Assembly (NCBI GenBank): GCA_042408215.1
Contig: JAYFMW010000028.1
Coordinates: 32,001 to 96,000 of the forward strand
Direction: 5' to 3'
Origin: Microcoleus sp.
Lineage (GTDB): Bacteria > Cyanobacteriota > Cyanobacteriia > Cyanobacteriales > Microcoleaceae
DNA: 64,000 bases
In this document: positions 37,609 through 49,839 of the stretch, in pieces
Numbering within the stretch: position 1 is the first letter of the stretch
Layout: each line of letters opens with the position of its first letter
Notes under the pieces: generated by a model
The model's database searches: none
Told to the model about the DNA's origin: nothing
The model's input: the letters and a program-made list of their open reading frames with translations, nothing else
Position numbers and translations under genes: made by a program

Positions 37609-38470
37609 ATGACTGTATCATCTCCAATCAATAACCCTCAATCTCTAATTCAGAATATCAAAAGGGCGATCGGCAAAATCACATTACCTTGGGGAATCAC
37701 CCTAGGCTACCTCAGCGTCATGCTGTTAGTTCCCAGTTACAGCAATGCTGCTGAAAGCCAGCACAGCAAACCCCGCCGAATTTTGGGCAATTGCCACCAG
37801 CCCGATCGCCCTTTCCGCCTACGATGTCACCTTCGTTACCGCATTAATTGCAGCATTAATTAACGGATTATTCGGCACATTAATTGCCTGGGTTTTAGTC
37901 CGCTACGACTTTCCCTTAAAACGGATTGTCGATGCAGTCGTCGATTTGCCCTTTGCACTACCCACATCCGTCGCAGGTTTAACTCTCGCCACAGTTTACA
38001 GCGATAACGGCTGGATAGGTTCACTTTTTGCACCCTTGGGAATCAAGATATCCTTTACTCGCTTGGGCGTAGGTATAGCGATGATATTTATTTCCTTACC
38101 ATTTATAGTTAGAACTGTACAGCCAGTTTTAAACGAGATGGAAAAAGACGTCGAAGAAGCAGCTTGGTGTTTAGGTGCTTCTAAATTTCAAACCTTCTGG
38201 CGAGTAGTTTTGCCGCCATTATTTCCGTCTATTTTAACCGGAGTTGCACTCGGATTTTCGCGAGCGGTTGGCGAGTACGGTTCTACTGTAATTGTCGCCT
38301 CTAACATACCGTTCAAAGATTTAATCGCGCCCGTATTAATTTTTCAAAGATTGGAACAGTACGACTATGCAGGAGCAACAGTTATCGGCACTGTCATGTT
38401 AGCTATTTCCTTAGCAATGCTGTTCGCAATTAATCTATTACAAGCATGGAGAAGACGCTATGACGGCTAA
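37609..38470 (+). pseudogene. cysT: Sulfate ABC permease CysT, frameshifted (real or sequencing error)
   Basis: The 5' frame ([13 protein letters not shown]) and 3' frame (PVTAMLLKA...[16 protein letters not shown]...[10 protein letters not shown]) join if one C is removed from GTTCCCAGTT at ~37732. Confidence 0.85.
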
Positions 38471-39338
38471 GATAAATTCATCCACGGATTACAATTTCCC
38501 GCCCAGTGGTTCGACGCGGAGTCAGGAAAAAGCCTGGGTAAAACCAACTTTAATCGGAATTGCGATCGGCTATCTTGCACTTGTCTTATTTATCCCCGCC
38601 ATCAACGTTTTTTACCAAGCTTTCAAAAAAGGAGTTGAGCCATTTTTTGCTAACTTAACATCGCCAGATTTTCTGTCCGCAGCGCAACTTACCCTGCTGA
38701 TTACTCTGATAGTTGTGCCTGTAAATACAGTATTCGGTTTGTGTGCCGCCTGGGTAATTGGCCGCAACAAATTTCCCGGTCGCACGCTATTAATCAGCAT
38801 TTTAGACGTGCCATTTGCCATATCTCCCGTAGTTGCAGGTTTAATGATTGTACTGCTTTACGGTCGGCTGGGATGGTTCGGACCCTGGCTGGAAGCATTC
38901 AATATCAAGGTTATTTTTGCCGTCCCTGGAATGGTGCTGGCTACTGCTTTTGTCACCCTACCTTTTGTGGCTCGCGAAGTAATTCCTGTGTTGGAAGAAG
39001 TGGGAACAGATCAAGAAGAAGCAGCTAAAACTTTGGGAGCAAATGACTGGCAAATTTTCTGGAATGTCACACTTCCCAGTATTCGCTGGGGATTGCTTTA
39101 CGGAGTAATTTTGACTAATGCTAGAGCGATGGGAGAATTTGGAGCTGTTTCTGTGGTGTCGGGAAATATTGCCAAAAAAACGCAAACTTTGCCTCTATTT
39201 GTAGAGGATGCTTACAAGCAGTACGCGACGCAATCAGCATTTTCTGCGGCGGTAGTTCTCGGTTTGCTAGCAGTTGTCACCCTCGTGCTTAAGGAGATTT
39301 TGGAACGAAAAACTAGCATCAAGGAAGTTGACAGTTGA
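38460..39338 (+). CDS. cysW: Sulfate ABC permease CysW
   Basis: [39 protein letters not shown]; overlaps the cysT stop. Confidence 0.95.
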   Translation: MTAKINSSTDYNFPPSGSTRSQEKAWVKPTLIGIAIGYLALVLFIPAINVFYQAFKKGVEPFFANLTSPDFLSAAQLTLLITLIVVPVNTVFGLCAAWVIGRNKFPGRTLLISILDVPFAISPVVAGLMIVLLYGRLGWFGPWLEAFNIKVIFAVPGMVLATAFVTLPFVAREVIPVLEEVGTDQEEAAKTLGANDWQIFWNVTLPSIRWGLLYGVILTNARAMGEFGAVSVVSGNIAKKTQTLPLFVEDAYKQYATQSAFSAAVVLGLLAVVTLVLKEILERKTSIKEVDS

Positions 39339-39432
39339 CCGTTCACTGTTCACTGTTGACAGTTTATACCGCAGTTTCGATCCTCCTAATCCCCCTTAAG
39401 AAGGGAGTAGGGTATGAGTAGGGGTTGACTTT

Positions 39433-40396
39433 GAGAATACTCCTGTCCCCCCCTTGTTAAGGGGGGTTAGGGGGGATCGAATGGCCTATCGTCAAACAGT
39501 AGTACCTTGAATACTCCTGTCCCCCCCTTGTTAAGGGGGGTTAGGGGGGATCGGAGGGCCAATCGTCAAACAGTAGTACCTTGAATACTCCTGTCCCCCC
39601 CTTGTTAAGGGGGGTTAGGGGGGATCGGAGGGCCAATCGTCAAACAGTAGTACCTTGAATACTCCTGTCCCCCCCTTGTTAAGGGGGGTTAGGGGGGATC
39701 GGAGGGCCAATCGTCAAACAGTAGTACCTTGAATACTCCTGTCCCCCCCTTGTTAAGGGGGGTTAGGGGGGATCGAAGGGCCAATCGTCAAGCAGTAGTA
39801 CCTTGAATACTCCTGTCCCCCCCTTGTTAAGGGGGGTTAGGGGGGATCGGAGGGCCAATCGTCAAACAGTAGTACCTTGAATACTCCTGTCCCCCCCTTG
39901 TTAAGGGGGGTTAGGGGGGATCGGAGGGCCAATCGTCAAACAGTAGTACCTTGAATACTCCTGTCCCCCCCTTGTTAAGGGGGGTTAGGGGGGATCGAAG
40001 GGCCAATCGTCAAACAGTAGTACCTTGAATACTCCTGTCCCCCCCTTGTTAAGGGGGGTTAGGGGGGATCGGAGGGCCTATCGTCAAGCAGTAGTACCTT
40101 GAATACTCCTGTCCCCCCCTTGTTAAGGGGGGTTAGGGGGGATCGAAGGGCCTATCGTCAAGCAGTAGTACCTTGAATACTCCTGTCCCCCCCTTGTTAA
40201 GGGGGGTTAGGGGGGATCGAAGGGCCAATCGTCAAACAGTAGTACCTTGAATACTCCTGTCCCCCCCTTGTTAAGGGGGGTTAGGGGGGATCGAAGGGCC
40301 AATCGTCAAACAGTAGTACCTTGAATACTCCTGTCCCCCCCTTGTTAAGGGGGGTTAGGGGGGATCGAAGGGCTAATCGTCAAGCAGTAGTACCTT
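39433..40396. repeat. Tandem array of 13 near-identical 74-bp units (not CRISPR)
   Basis: Unit TTGAATACTCCTGTCCCCCCCTTGTTAAGGGGGGTTAGGGGGGATCG(G/A)AGGGCC(A/T)ATCGTCAA(A/G)CAGTAGTACC starting at 39433, 39507, 39581 ... 40321. Confidence 0.97.
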
Positions 40397-40429
40397 ATCC
40401 CTGAAATAAGTAAACACTAGGAGGCTAAA

Positions 40430-40789
40430 ATGTTAGATCAAAATAGTAGCGAATCTCAATTTGAGTCGAACGACAATTTTCACAAAACCCAAGAATCAGA
40501 CATTCCCAAATCCGACAGCGGCGACACCAGACAAACTCAAACCCGCATTCGCATTCGCGTTCCTAAAGAATACCATCAGGAACCTGTAATTTCTAACCTG
40601 ATTTCTGAATACGGTTTGACGGTAAATTTTAATGCTGCTTTGTTGGGTGTAAAAACTTTAGATGATGGTTGGTTTGATTTGGAACTTAACGGTACTGCTA
40701 AACAGATTGAAAGTGCTCTGTTTTATCTCAACGATTTAGATGTGGAAATTTGGAGCAATTCCAATAATCCTGTTGAGGAAACTTGGTAA
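40430..40789 (+). CDS. NIL domain-containing protein
   Basis: GGAGG RBS; RIRIRVPKEYHQEPVISNLI..YGLTVNF...GWFDLELNG. Confidence 0.85.
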   Translation: MLDQNSSESQFESNDNFHKTQESDIPKSDSGDTRQTQTRIRIRVPKEYHQEPVISNLISEYGLTVNFNAALLGVKTLDDGWFDLELNGTAKQIESALFYLNDLDVEIWSNSNNPVEETW

Positions 40790-40953
40790 TTGGTCATGGG
40801 TAATTGGTAATTGGTCATGGGTAATTGGTAATTGGTAATTGGTAATTGGTAATTGGTAATTGGTAATTGGTAATTGGTAATTGGTAGTAACTCACAATAA
40901 CTAATGACCAATAACTAATGAACGATGACCAATAACCAATAACTAATGACCAA
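40783..40953. repeat. Heptamer STRR (TTGGTAA)n followed by complementary (T(A/G)AC(C/T)AA)n
   Basis: Directly visible tandem heptamers beginning at the NIL stop codon. Confidence 0.9.
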
Positions 40954-40961
40954 TCGCTGTT

Positions 40962-40994
40962 AGATACCCGACTTCTTAAAGAAGTCGGGTATCT
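40962..40994. repeat. Palindromic REP/terminator hairpin
   Basis: AGATACCCGACTTC-TTAAA-GAAGTCGGGTATCT, perfect stem. Confidence 0.7.
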
Positions 40995-41036
40995 GGGTAT
41001 TCTGTTTTTTTAGCCGTTGCTCACTTGTTTTTAGTC

Positions 41037-41066
41037 TTGACATTTTTGATCGATTGTGGTAATAAT
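41037..41066 (+). promoter_or_regulatory. Candidate sigma70 promoter for the adhesin gene
   Basis: TTGACA (41037) - 17 bp - TAATAA(T) with TG upstream; about 260 nt before ATG 41327. Confidence 0.4.
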
Positions 41067-41326
41067 TTTAATTTAAGAGCAGAAGCTGCGCGCAAGTATT
41101 ATCAAAGATTTTTGTAAAAGCCGGAACAATATCCCCCTTTCAGACTTCTAAGCAATCAAATTAAGTGATTTATTGTAGCAATGCACAAAAAAACCTTGCT
41201 GTCAATAGATAAGCATATGTGGAAGGAAGCACGGACGATCGCCCGATCGCACAGGAAAAAGGGCGATCGCTCCTACGCTTGGTTTGTGTTATCAATTTGA
41301 TGTGCGTGTACCAGAGGAATTAAATC

Positions 41327-44300
41327 ATGGAATTTGATAAAAAACGGAAACAACAGATAGTTTTTGTAGATCCAAAAGTTAAAGATTACCCAATTTTAAC
41401 AGAAAGCAACCATCCCAATACAAAAGTTATTGTTCTCAAGGGCGATCGCGACGGGATCGAGCAAATAGCAGAAACACTTAAACAGCGGAAAAACATTGCA
41501 GCCGTTCACATCCTGTCTCACGGTGCGGCAGCCAGCCTGCAAATCGGCGCAACAGAACTGAATCTGAGTAATATTGAAACTTATCGCGATCGCCTAGAAA
41601 CATGGTTTGCTTTACCGGCAGAGGAAAACTCGAACTCTCGAATTACAGCTAAACCCGAAATTCTACTTTATGGTTGCAACGTCGCCGCCACAGAAGCTGG
41701 TGTCGCTTTTGTGCAAAGGCTGAGTCAGCTCACGGGGGCGGAAGTTGCGGCTTCGGATAACTTGACTGGGAATGCAGCCTTGGGTGGAGACTGGGTGCTG
41801 GAAGTCACTACAGGGAACATAGAGACGGCTTTGGCATTTTCCGCAGAGGCGAGAGAGGTTTATAGCGGCGTACTGGGTGACTTGAACCAAACGACTGGCG
41901 ACTTTAACGGACTGGTAAATGCCATTAATGTTGCCAACATCAACACTGGTACTGACACTATCACCCTCACTGGGAATATCAACCTGACAGGGCTATTGCC
42001 GAGAATTACCGACACCACCACTATTGTTGGCGCCGGTTTCAAGATCACCGGGAGTCCCACTGCGCGAGCCTTTGTAGTTGATAACACCACATTTAACATC
42101 TCCAACCTCACCATTGATTCAGCAACAGCAGTAGGCAACTCAGGAACCACCGGTGGTGGTGGCGCTGCGGGCTTAGGTGGCGCACTTTTTATCAACAGCG
42201 GCACTGTCACCGTTGACAGAGTGACTTTTTCTAATAACTCTGCCTTGGGCGGTGCAGGTGTGGCTGGGAATGGTGGGAAGGGTGGTAGCGCGGATCTGGC
42301 TACTGTCTTTCGAGGCACAGCAGGGACAAATGGTAGAAATGGTAGAAATGGTCTAGCAAGTAATGGCGCTGCCGGTGGGGTTGGCGAAGATGGCGAGGCG
42401 GGGGGTGCTGGTACTGCTGGCGGTACTGGCGGTATTGGCGGCACTGGCGGTACTGGTGTTGGCGGCACAAACGGTGGTGCTGGTGGTATTGGTGGTGCTG
42501 GTGGTGCTGGTAGCGTTGTCGGTAGTGGCGGCGGTGGTGGTGGTGCCGGTGGCGTTGGCGGTGCTGCTGGTAGTGGTACTCAAGGTAATGGTGGTAATGG
42601 TGGTACTGGCGGTGCTGGCACCTTTGGTGGCGGCGGCGGTGCTGGCGGTGCTTTTGGTACAGGTGCGATCTCTGGTGCGATCGGCGCAGGCGGCCTAGGT
42701 GGCTTCGGCGGCGGCAGCGGTAGCGGTAATGGTGCGATCGCAGGCGGCACTTTTGGCGGTGCAGGTGCTATTGGTTTTGGCGGCGGCGGTGCTGGTTTAG
42801 GCGGCGCAATTTTTATCAACGGTGGCACATTCACCATGACCAACAGCACCCTGTATAGCAACACAGTGACGGGGGGTGCTTCCGGTGGTGGTGCCGCAAT
42901 TGCAGGTCAGGCAGCAGGTGGTGCCATTTTTGTCAACACTGGTGCTACAGCCACCCTGACTAACAACACGATCGCCTACAACACTGCCACAGCGGGAAAT
43001 GCGGGTGGCATCTACAACAATGGCGGTACAGTTACGGTCAAAAACACGATCGTCGCTGGCAATATTGCTACCACCAACACAGATGTTACCGGAGCATTCA
43101 CAGGGAACAACAACTTAATAGGAACTCTGACTGGTAGCACTGGTTTAGCTGCTACTGAGGACCTAACGGCACTGGGCGTTCCTGTGGCAAATGTATTAAA
43201 ACCAGCCACCGATGCCGGACTCAACGGCGCAACGGGTGTTCCTTTTACCCTTGCCCTAGTTGACAATAGCCCCGTAACTACCAGCAGCAACCCTGCAATT
43301 GGTGGCGGCGACCCAAGTATAACAACAGTGGGTGCGACAGCCTTTGACCAACGCGGCACAGGTTTCCCTCGGAAAATTGACAATACTATTCTTACTACTC
43401 CTAAGCCCAATATAGACATCGGTGCTTACGAGTATGGGCCTGTCGTCCAGGGTCAGAAATTCAACGACATAAACGGTGATAGCCTGCAAGGTGCCGCGGC
43501 GACTGAACCAGGTTTAGGCGGCTGGACTATTACCGCAGGTACTAAGACTGCTACTACCTCTGCTGTTGCTGCCACTCTCGGTCAATACACTCTCTACGAC
43601 ACTAAGGCAAATACTGCGATCGCAGAAACAGCACAAGCTGGTTGGACGCAGACTTTCCCTACCACTCCAACTACGATTGGTACTACCGATCTCTTTGATG
43701 CCACCGCCAATTTCGGCAACTTCCAGTTGATGACCATTAATGGTCTAATATTCGATGATAAAAACGGCAACGGAGTCCAAGACTCAGGAGATACCGGATT
43801 AGACAACATCCCGATCGACTTAATCAACTCCGTCACCGGAGCAACTATCAGCACCCAACCTACAACTGCCACTGGTGCTTACAGCTTCCCGAACCTAGGG
43901 CCGCTGACCGGCGGTGCTAGCTACCGCGTCCGGGAAGTCGTGCCGACAGACTCCACAAAAACCACAACCGATCCCGCCGACATCCCCCTCCAAAGCGGTC
44001 TAACTGTCGCTGTTCCAAACTTCGGTAACTTCAAAAAAATCACCATTAGCGGCACCAAATTCGAGGACAAAGACGGCAACGGTGCCCTAAATGGGGCCGA
44101 AGGAGCACCGGCAAATACTTGGGATATTCAGTTACTTAACGCCGCCGGTGCAGTAGCACAAACCAAAACTACAGATGCTACCGGCAACTACACCTTTACC
44201 GATGTTGGGCCCGGCACCTACACCCTAAAGGAAGTGGCACAGACTGGTTGGCAGTCAACTCTTGCCCCCGCTGGCAGCATCACTGCCACCAGCGGCGTCA

Positions 44301-47300
44301 ACATCACCAATACCGCAGCCACTCCCACCAACTTCGGGAACTTCCTGCTAGGCAAAATCAGCGGGATCAAATTTAATGACCTCAACAAGAATGGCACCCA
44401 AGATTTGCCAGCAGAACAACCACTAGGAGGCTGGACAATCTACCTGGATGCCAACAACAGCGGCATTCAAGACGTAGTACCAGCCGAAACAGGCACCAAC
44501 GCCGCTGTCACCGATGTCACCGGCAAGTACCAGTTCACCAACCTGGTAGCAGGCACCTACAACGTCCGGGAAGTGCCACAAACCGGCTGGACACAAACGA
44601 CGCCCCTAGCCAGCGCAGCCACGCCTACCCTTTCCGGCGCATTTACCATCCCCGTCACCAGCGGCACCGACTCCAAAGACAAAAACTTCGGCAACTTCAA
44701 GCCCAATAGCATCAGCGGCCTGAAGTTCGATGACATCAACAACAATGGCATCAAAGATACCGGGGAACTAGGACTTCCAGACTGGGAAATCTACCTCGAT
44801 AGCAACGACAGCGGCACCCTCGACACAGGAGAAACGAAGGTCCTCACCGATGCCACAGGGAACTACAAATTCGCCGATTTGGCAGCAGGTACCTACGAGG
44901 TGCGGGAAGTGCCACAGCCGACTTGGACACAAACGACCCCCAACCCCGCTGACATCACTGTTACCAGCGATCAAAACATCGTTAATGTCAACTTCGGCAA
45001 CTTCAAGTCGAGTACGATTAGCGGCCAAAAATTCAACGACAGCAACAACAACGGTATCAAGGATGCCGGGGAACTGGGGCTGCCGAACTGGCAAATCTTC
45101 CTAGACAGTATCAACCCAGATGGCATCTTTCAACAGGGCGAACCGACTACCATTACCGATGCTGCCGGCAACTACACCCTGGTTAACATACCCGCAGGCA
45201 CTTACCAGGTGAGGGAAGTTCAGCAAAAGGGCTGGACGCAGACGACCCCCAACCCCGCTCCCTTTCTGGTTCAGAGTGGAGATAACAAAACCGGCGTTGA
45301 CTTCGGCAACTTCCTGCCCCAACCGGGCACTATCCAAGGCCTGAAGTTCCAAGACGCCAATAGCAATGGCACTCAAGACAGCGGTGAACTGGGTTTACCG
45401 GGTTTCCAAATTCAGTTAACTAACGTCACTCCCGGAGTAGTTGCTCCTACTCCTGTTACCACCACTACAGACAATAGTGGTAACTACCTGTTCACGAACC
45501 TGACGCCGGGAACCTACCGCGTCCGGGAAGTCGCGCAAACTGGGTTCACCCAAAGCACACCCGACCCCGCCGACATCGCGATCGCTTCTGGGGCTACTGT
45601 CAGCAACATCAATTTCGGGAACAAAGACAACAACTTCAAGCCCAATAGCATCAGCGGCCTGAAGTTCAATGACCTCAACAACAATGGCATCAAAGATACC
45701 GGGGAACTAGGACTTGACAAGTGGCAAATCTACCTCGATACCAACAACAACGACATCTTCGACACAGGAGAAACGAACGTCCTCACCGATGCCACAGGGA
45801 ACTACAAATTTCCCGCTTTGGCAGCAGGTACCTACAAGGTGCGGGAAGTACCACAGACCGGTTGGCTGCAAACGACCCCCAACCCCGCTGACATTACTGT
45901 TACCAGCGATCAAAACATCGTTAATGTCAACTTCGGCAACTTTAAGTCGAGTACGATTAGCGGCCAAAAATTCAGCGACAGCAACAACAACGGTATCAAG
46001 GATGCGGGGGAACTGGGGCTGCCGAACTGGCAAATCTTCCTCGATATCAACTCAGATGGTATCTTTCAGCAGGGTGAACTGACTACCATTACTAAGGCCG
46101 ATGGCAGCTATACTCTGAACCAAATACCCGCAGGCACTTACCAGGTGAGGGAAGTCCAGCAAACCGGCTGGACGCAGACGACCCCCAACCCCGCTGCCGT
46201 GACGATTACCGCTGGAGATAGTAAAACCGGTGTTGACTTCGGCAACTTCCTGCCCCAACCGGGCACTATCCAAGGCCTGAAGTTCCGAGACGGCAATAAC
46301 AATGGCACTCAAGACAGCGGTGAACTGGGTTTTCCCGGTTTCCAAATTCAGTTAACTAATGTCACGCCCGGAGTAGTTGCTCCTACTCCTGTTACTGCCA
46401 CTACAGACAATAGTGGTAACTACCTGTTCACGAACCTGACGCCGGGAACCTACCGCGTCCGGGAAGTCGCGCAAACTGGGTTCACCCAAAGCACCCCCGA
46501 CCCCGCCGACATCGCGATCGCTTCTGGGGCTACTGTCAGCAACATCAATTTCGGGAACTTCCCGACTCCTGCACCGACTCCGACACCCGCACCGACGCCG
46601 AGGCCGACTCCGATTCCGACTCCGGCACCGACTCCGGCACCGACTCCTGCACCGACTCCTGCACCGACTCCTGCACCGACTCCGGCACCGACTCCTGCAC
46701 CGACTCCGATTCCAGAACCAACTACTCCTCTGAGCTCACAAACGACTGATTTGGTTGGTCCAAGCGACTTCCCCAGGGTCGAGACTCCTAATCAGTCCGG
46801 CAGTCCGATCGGGGGTAATGCGATCTACGGCCCTAACGGCGACGATACGATCTTCGGTAGTGCAGCCCGTGACTCGATCTTCGGCTTGGATGGCAATGAT
46901 TTGATCTTTGGGCGACAGGGCGGCGACTATATCAATGGCAATACGGGCAACGATACTGTCTACGGAGGCATTGATAACGATACTCTCCTTGGTGGCAAAG
47001 GCTTTGACCTGATCTTTGGCGATCGCGGCAACGATATCATTTATGGTAATCGTGGCAATGACTCCATCTCTGGCGATGAAGGTGATGATTTATCCTACGG
47101 TGGCAAAGGCGATGACGTCATGTTGGGCGGCATCGGCAACGATGTCCTCTTTGGCGATCGAGGCAATGACACTCTTTGTGGCGGCAGTGGCGATGATATC
47201 CTATTTGGTGGCAGTGGCGATGACGTTCTTTTTGGCGACAGTGGCAACGATACTCTGATTGGTGGCTTTGGCAACGATACTCTGATGGGTGACGACGGCA

Positions 47301-47530
47301 GCAATGGCTTCTTCTTGGCACTGGGCAGCGGTTCGGACACGATTATTGATTTCACCCAAGGAGTTGATTCGCTGGTTTTGACGGGAGGCTTGGACTTCGG
47401 TCAATTGTCCTTTAGCCAAACTAACGGATCGGCAGCCATCAGGGTTGCTGGCACTGGTGAACTTTTGGCTATTCTCAATGGGGTGCGATCGAGCTTGCTA
47501 ACGGCTCAGGATTTCAACGTACTGGTTTAG
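41327..47530 (+). CDS. Large surface adhesin: DUF4347, Gly-rich beta-helix (choice-of-anchor-Q-like end), 10 SdrD B-like repeats, Pro/Thr linker, RTX C-terminus
   Basis: IVFVDPKV...ILSHG...LLYGCNVA...GGDWVLE (DUF4347); DQRG...DIGAYE; ten xGxKFxDxNxNG repeats; (TPAP)n; GGxGDD nonapeptides. Confidence 0.9.
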   Translation: MEFDKKRKQQIVFVDPKVKDYPILTESNHPNTKVIVLKGDRDGIEQIAETLKQRKNIAAVHILSHGAAASLQIGATELNLSNIETYRDRLETWFALPAEENSNSRITAKPEILLYGCNVAATEAGVAFVQRLSQLTGAEVAASDNLTGNAALGGDWVLEVTTGNIETALAFSAEAREVYSGVLGDLNQTTGDFNGLVNAINVANINTGTDTITLTGNINLTGLLPRITDTTTIVGAGFKITGSPTARAFVVDNTTFNISNLTIDSATAVGNSGTTGGGGAAGLGGALFINSGTVTVDRVTFSNNSALGGAGVAGNGGKGGSADLATVFRGTAGTNGRNGRNGLASNGAAGGVGEDGEAGGAGTAGGTGGIGGTGGTGVGGTNGGAGGIGGAGGAGSVVGSGGGGGGAGGVGGAAGSGTQGNGGNGGTGGAGTFGGGGGAGGAFGTGAISGAIGAGGLGGFGGGSGSGNGAIAGGTFGGAGAIGFGGGGAGLGGAIFINGGTFTMTNSTLYSNTVTGGASGGGAAIAGQAAGGAIFVNTGATATLTNNTIAYNTATAGNAGGIYNNGGTVTVKNTIVAGNIATTNTDVTGAFTGNNNLIGTLTGSTGLAATEDLTALGVPVANVLKPATDAGLNGATGVPFTLALVDNSPVTTSSNPAIGGGDPSITTVGATAFDQRGTGFPRKIDNTILTTPKPNIDIGAYEYGPVVQGQKFNDINGDSLQGAAATEPGLGGWTITAGTKTATTSAVAATLGQYTLYDTKANTAIAETAQAGWTQTFPTTPTTIGTTDLFDATANFGNFQLMTINGLIFDDKNGNGVQDSGDTGLDNIPIDLINSVTGATISTQPTTATGAYSFPNLGPLTGGASYRVREVVPTDSTKTTTDPADIPLQSGLTVAVPNFGNFKKITISGTKFEDKDGNGALNGAEGAPANTWDIQLLNAAGAVAQTKTTDATGNYTFTDVGPGTYTLKEVAQTGWQSTLAPAGSITATSGVNITNTAATPTNFGNFLLGKISGIKFNDLNKNGTQDLPAEQPLGGWTIYLDANNSGIQDVVPAETGTNAAVTDVTGKYQFTNLVAGTYNVREVPQTGWTQTTPLASAATPTLSGAFTIPVTSGTDSKDKNFGNFKPNSISGLKFDDINNNGIKDTGELGLPDWEIYLDSNDSGTLDTGETKVLTDATGNYKFADLAAGTYEVREVPQPTWTQTTPNPADITVTSDQNIVNVNFGNFKSSTISGQKFNDSNNNGIKDAGELGLPNWQIFLDSINPDGIFQQGEPTTITDAAGNYTLVNIPAGTYQVREVQQKGWTQTTPNPAPFLVQSGDNKTGVDFGNFLPQPGTIQGLKFQDANSNGTQDSGELGLPGFQIQLTNVTPGVVAPTPVTTTTDNSGNYLFTNLTPGTYRVREVAQTGFTQSTPDPADIAIASGATVSNINFGNKDNNFKPNSISGLKFNDLNNNGIKDTGELGLDKWQIYLDTNNNDIFDTGETNVLTDATGNYKFPALAAGTYKVREVPQTGWLQTTPNPADITVTSDQNIVNVNFGNFKSSTISGQKFSDSNNNGIKDAGELGLPNWQIFLDINSDGIFQQGELTTITKADGSYTLNQIPAGTYQVREVQQTGWTQTTPNPAAVTITAGDSKTGVDFGNFLPQPGTIQGLKFRDGNNNGTQDSGELGFPGFQIQLTNVTPGVVAPTPVTATTDNSGNYLFTNLTPGTYRVREVAQTGFTQSTPDPADIAIASGATVSNINFGNFPTPAPTPTPAPTPRPTPIPTPAPTPAPTPAPTPAPTPAPTPAPTPAPTPIPEPTTPLSSQTTDLVGPSDFPRVETPNQSGSPIGGNAIYGPNGDDTIFGSAARDSIFGLDGNDLIFGRQGGDYINGNTGNDTVYGGIDNDTLLGGKGFDLIFGDRGNDIIYGNRGNDSISGDEGDDLSYGGKGDDVMLGGIGNDVLFGDRGNDTLCGGSGDDILFGGSGDDVLFGDSGNDTLIGGFGNDTLMGDDGSNGFFLALGSGSDTIIDFTQGVDSLVLTGGLDFGQLSFSQTNGSAAIRVAGTGELLAILNGVRSSLLTAQDFNVLV

Positions 47531-47704
47531 TCCGGCAGTCCGGCAGGGGTTTAAACCCCTGCCTCAAAGAAATCAGGACACGGCAGTGCCGTGTCCCTAC
47601 ATGATTATTTTGGGGTAGGGAAACGGCACTGCCGTGTCCGACTTTGCTTGCGGAGAAAAGCTCTGCCTGGGAACGAGAGATTCTATTCCATTCCCGTTGC
47701 TGGT

Positions 47705-48085
47705 TTAAATTTGTTCTAAATATCTGAGCAAGTCTGCCATTTCTTGCGGATTTGGCTGGAACTGGGGCATGGGCGGGGTTTGCCCGCTGGTGACTTGGCG
47801 GATTAAATCGAATTCGGATTTGCGCTGGGACACTAAGTGTAAGTTTGGCCCGACTTGACTGTCGGACAGGGATGTGTGACACCCGGCACAGTTCATTTGA
47901 AAGATGGCGGAGCCCTGAATCGGGTCTCCAGTCAAGGACAGTACGCTGCTGACATAGGGATCGGCGACCTGAAAGTGGTGCATTGCTAAAGTGGATAACA
48001 CGATCGCGATCGAGAATGATAGCACAAATATGCCAAGTCGCTCGATCGGGTTTTTAGTTTCATTTCTGGCAAATTGGTTATTCAA
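47705..48085 (-). CDS. cytM: Class I c-type cytochrome (cytochrome cM-like), divergent from petG
   Basis: On the minus strand: TTG at 48085, TAA at 47705-47707 (the ORF track labels it '+'). N-terminal TM helix, heme motif CAGCH, axial Met in PPMP. Confidence 0.8.
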   Translation of the reverse strand: MNNQFARNETKNPIERLGIFVLSFSIAIVLSTLAMHHFQVADPYVSSVLSLTGDPIQGSAIFQMNCAGCHTSLSDSQVGPNLHLVSQRKSEFDLIRQVTSGQTPPMPQFQPNPQEMADLLRYLEQI

Positions 48086-48266
48086 AGGATTTCAATTAAA
48101 AAAAGTAATCTACAAGAAAGTTTATTTCTCATAACATAGCTTAATCCTTTGCAGCGGGGATATCAAGCTCTGAGACCCCTGTAATGGTTCTTTTGGGAAA
48201 ATTCATCTGTGTAACTGCTGGTAATATTAAAAATAGGTTGTTAAATCTTAACGATAAGGAGCTCTC

Positions 48267-48386
48267 ATGGTAGAACCGTTGCTTTCAGGTATTGTTCTGG
48301 GTCTGATCTTTGTTACTCTGTCGGGGCTGTTTTTTGCTGCTTATCAGCAGTACAAGCGCGGCGATCAGTTGGGTATCAACAAGTAA
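48267..48386 (+). CDS. petG: Cytochrome b6f subunit V
   Basis: [48 protein letters not shown]; not in the ORF track (under 60 aa). Confidence 0.97.
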   Translation: MVEPLLSGIVLGLIFVTLSGLFFAAYQQYKRGDQLGINK

Positions 48387-48566
48387 ATCGGCTTGTAGGG
48401 GCGGTGCCAAGAGTGCCCACCCCATCTGGGGAGAGGGGGAGAATGGGAGAGGGGAGAGTGGGGGATGAAAAAAAAATCTTCCTCCATCCCTTTTCCTTCT
48501 ACCCTCGAACTGACCTCCGTGACATCCGTTAAATCCGTTACAAAATCCGCTGCCGAACTTCCTTCG

Positions 48567-49649
48567 TTAAAGATACCGATCGAGAATAGCAGCAGTTTCC
48601 CGGCCTGTTTTTTCCCAGCTAAATTGTTTTGCTCTCGCCAAACCGAGGGCTCTCAGGTGCGATCGCACTTGAGGATCTACTACAAGCTCGTGCATAGCAG
48701 CGCCAATTTCCGCCACGCTGTAAGGATTAACTAACAACGCGCCGTCCCCCCCCACCTCTGGGAGAGAAGACAGGTTAGAGGTGATTACAGGAGTACCACA
48801 AGCCATTGCTTCGAGCACGGGGAGGCCGAATCCTTCCCAAAGACTGGGGAAAACTAGGGCGATCGCCTGATTGATGACTTTCGGCAAATCACCAGCGGGA
48901 ATGTAATCTAAGAATTTTACGCGATCGGCTAATCCCAATTCTTGCACCTGAGCTTTCAGCAGTGGCGTATAACGTTTATCTTCCGATCCAGCTATCCACA
49001 ATTCGCACTCGCAACTGCTGGGTAAAGCAGCAAATCCTGCTAGGATTCGCTGCAAGTTTTTATGAGGATTGTGGCGGCCAATATAAAGAAAATAATTGCT
49101 AGTTGGCAAATCTAGAAAGCGGAAAAAACTGCTATCATATCCAGGGGAAATTGGCGTAATTAAATCAGTAGGAATTTTACAAAAATCGGCAATATCTTTC
49201 GCAGTTGCTTCAGAATCGCAAATAACGTGCTGAGCCTGTCGCAGCACTTGGGGAATATAGTAGCGGTGGTAGGGCGTGAGAGGATCGAAGCGGCGGGGAA
49301 ATCGCAGTGCAATTAAATCATGTACTGTAATTATATAGCGACAACCTGCAAATACCGGAGCTTCGGGAATTGGGGAAAATATTAAGTTAGATTTTAACTC
49401 TTTGTAAATTTGGGGAAGCTGGGTTTGTGTCCACACCAATCTGTTTATATGTCCTTTGGTTCCTTGTTCGGGAGTTAGGTTTGATGGGATTTTGTAGCAG
49501 GTGTAGTTTGGTATTTCGGCGGCTGTTAGTAATGTTGGATTGAGGGATTTTAGGTGGGGAAATAGGTTTTTGGCGTAGATGGCTAAGCCGGTTGGTTTGG
49601 AAATTAAGAAGGAGAGGTTGATTAGTAAGTTGGATTGGGGATTTGGCAT
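48567..49649 (-). CDS. GT4 glycosyltransferase (mannosyltransferase-like)
   Basis: [32 protein letters not shown]. Confidence 0.93.
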   Translation of the reverse strand: MPNPQSNLLINLSFLISKPTGLAIYAKNLFPHLKSLNPTLLTAAEIPNYTCYKIPSNLTPEQGTKGHINRLVWTQTQLPQIYKELKSNLIFSPIPEAPVFAGCRYIITVHDLIALRFPRRFDPLTPYHRYYIPQVLRQAQHVICDSEATAKDIADFCKIPTDLITPISPGYDSSFFRFLDLPTSNYFLYIGRHNPHKNLQRILAGFAALPSSCECELWIAGSEDKRYTPLLKAQVQELGLADRVKFLDYIPAGDLPKVINQAIALVFPSLWEGFGLPVLEAMACGTPVITSNLSSLPEVGGDGALLVNPYSVAEIGAAMHELVVDPQVRSHLRALGLARAKQFSWEKTGRETAAILDRYL

Positions 49650-49839
49650 GGGATAATATATAGATTGCGGTTTTTAGTGGGATTTTTTTTTGTTAACCGC
49701 AGAGGGCGCAGAGGGCGCAGAGAGTGTACGCAAAAAACCCGGTTTCTTCCAACAATCGTTGCTTTTTTCGAGAAATCCAAGATTTTTTTTACCGCAGAGG
49801 GCGCAGAGGGCGCAGAGAGGAGAGATTAAGAGAGAAGAT

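Noticed and set aside
39433..40396. CRISPR array
   Set aside because: Units are contiguous near-identical 74-mers with no unique spacers, and there are no cas genes in the window.
40723..40911. ORF with LPITNYQ repeats
   Set aside because: Translation of the TTGGTAA STRR.
41174..41187. NtcA box upstream of the adhesin
   Set aside because: GTA-N8-CAA does not match the GTA-N8-TAC consensus well enough.
47705..48085. ORF-track strand label '+' for the cytochrome c ORF
   Set aside because: The protein MNNQFAR... is read only from the reverse complement (CAA at 48083-48085, TTA at 47705-47707), so it is annotated on '-'.
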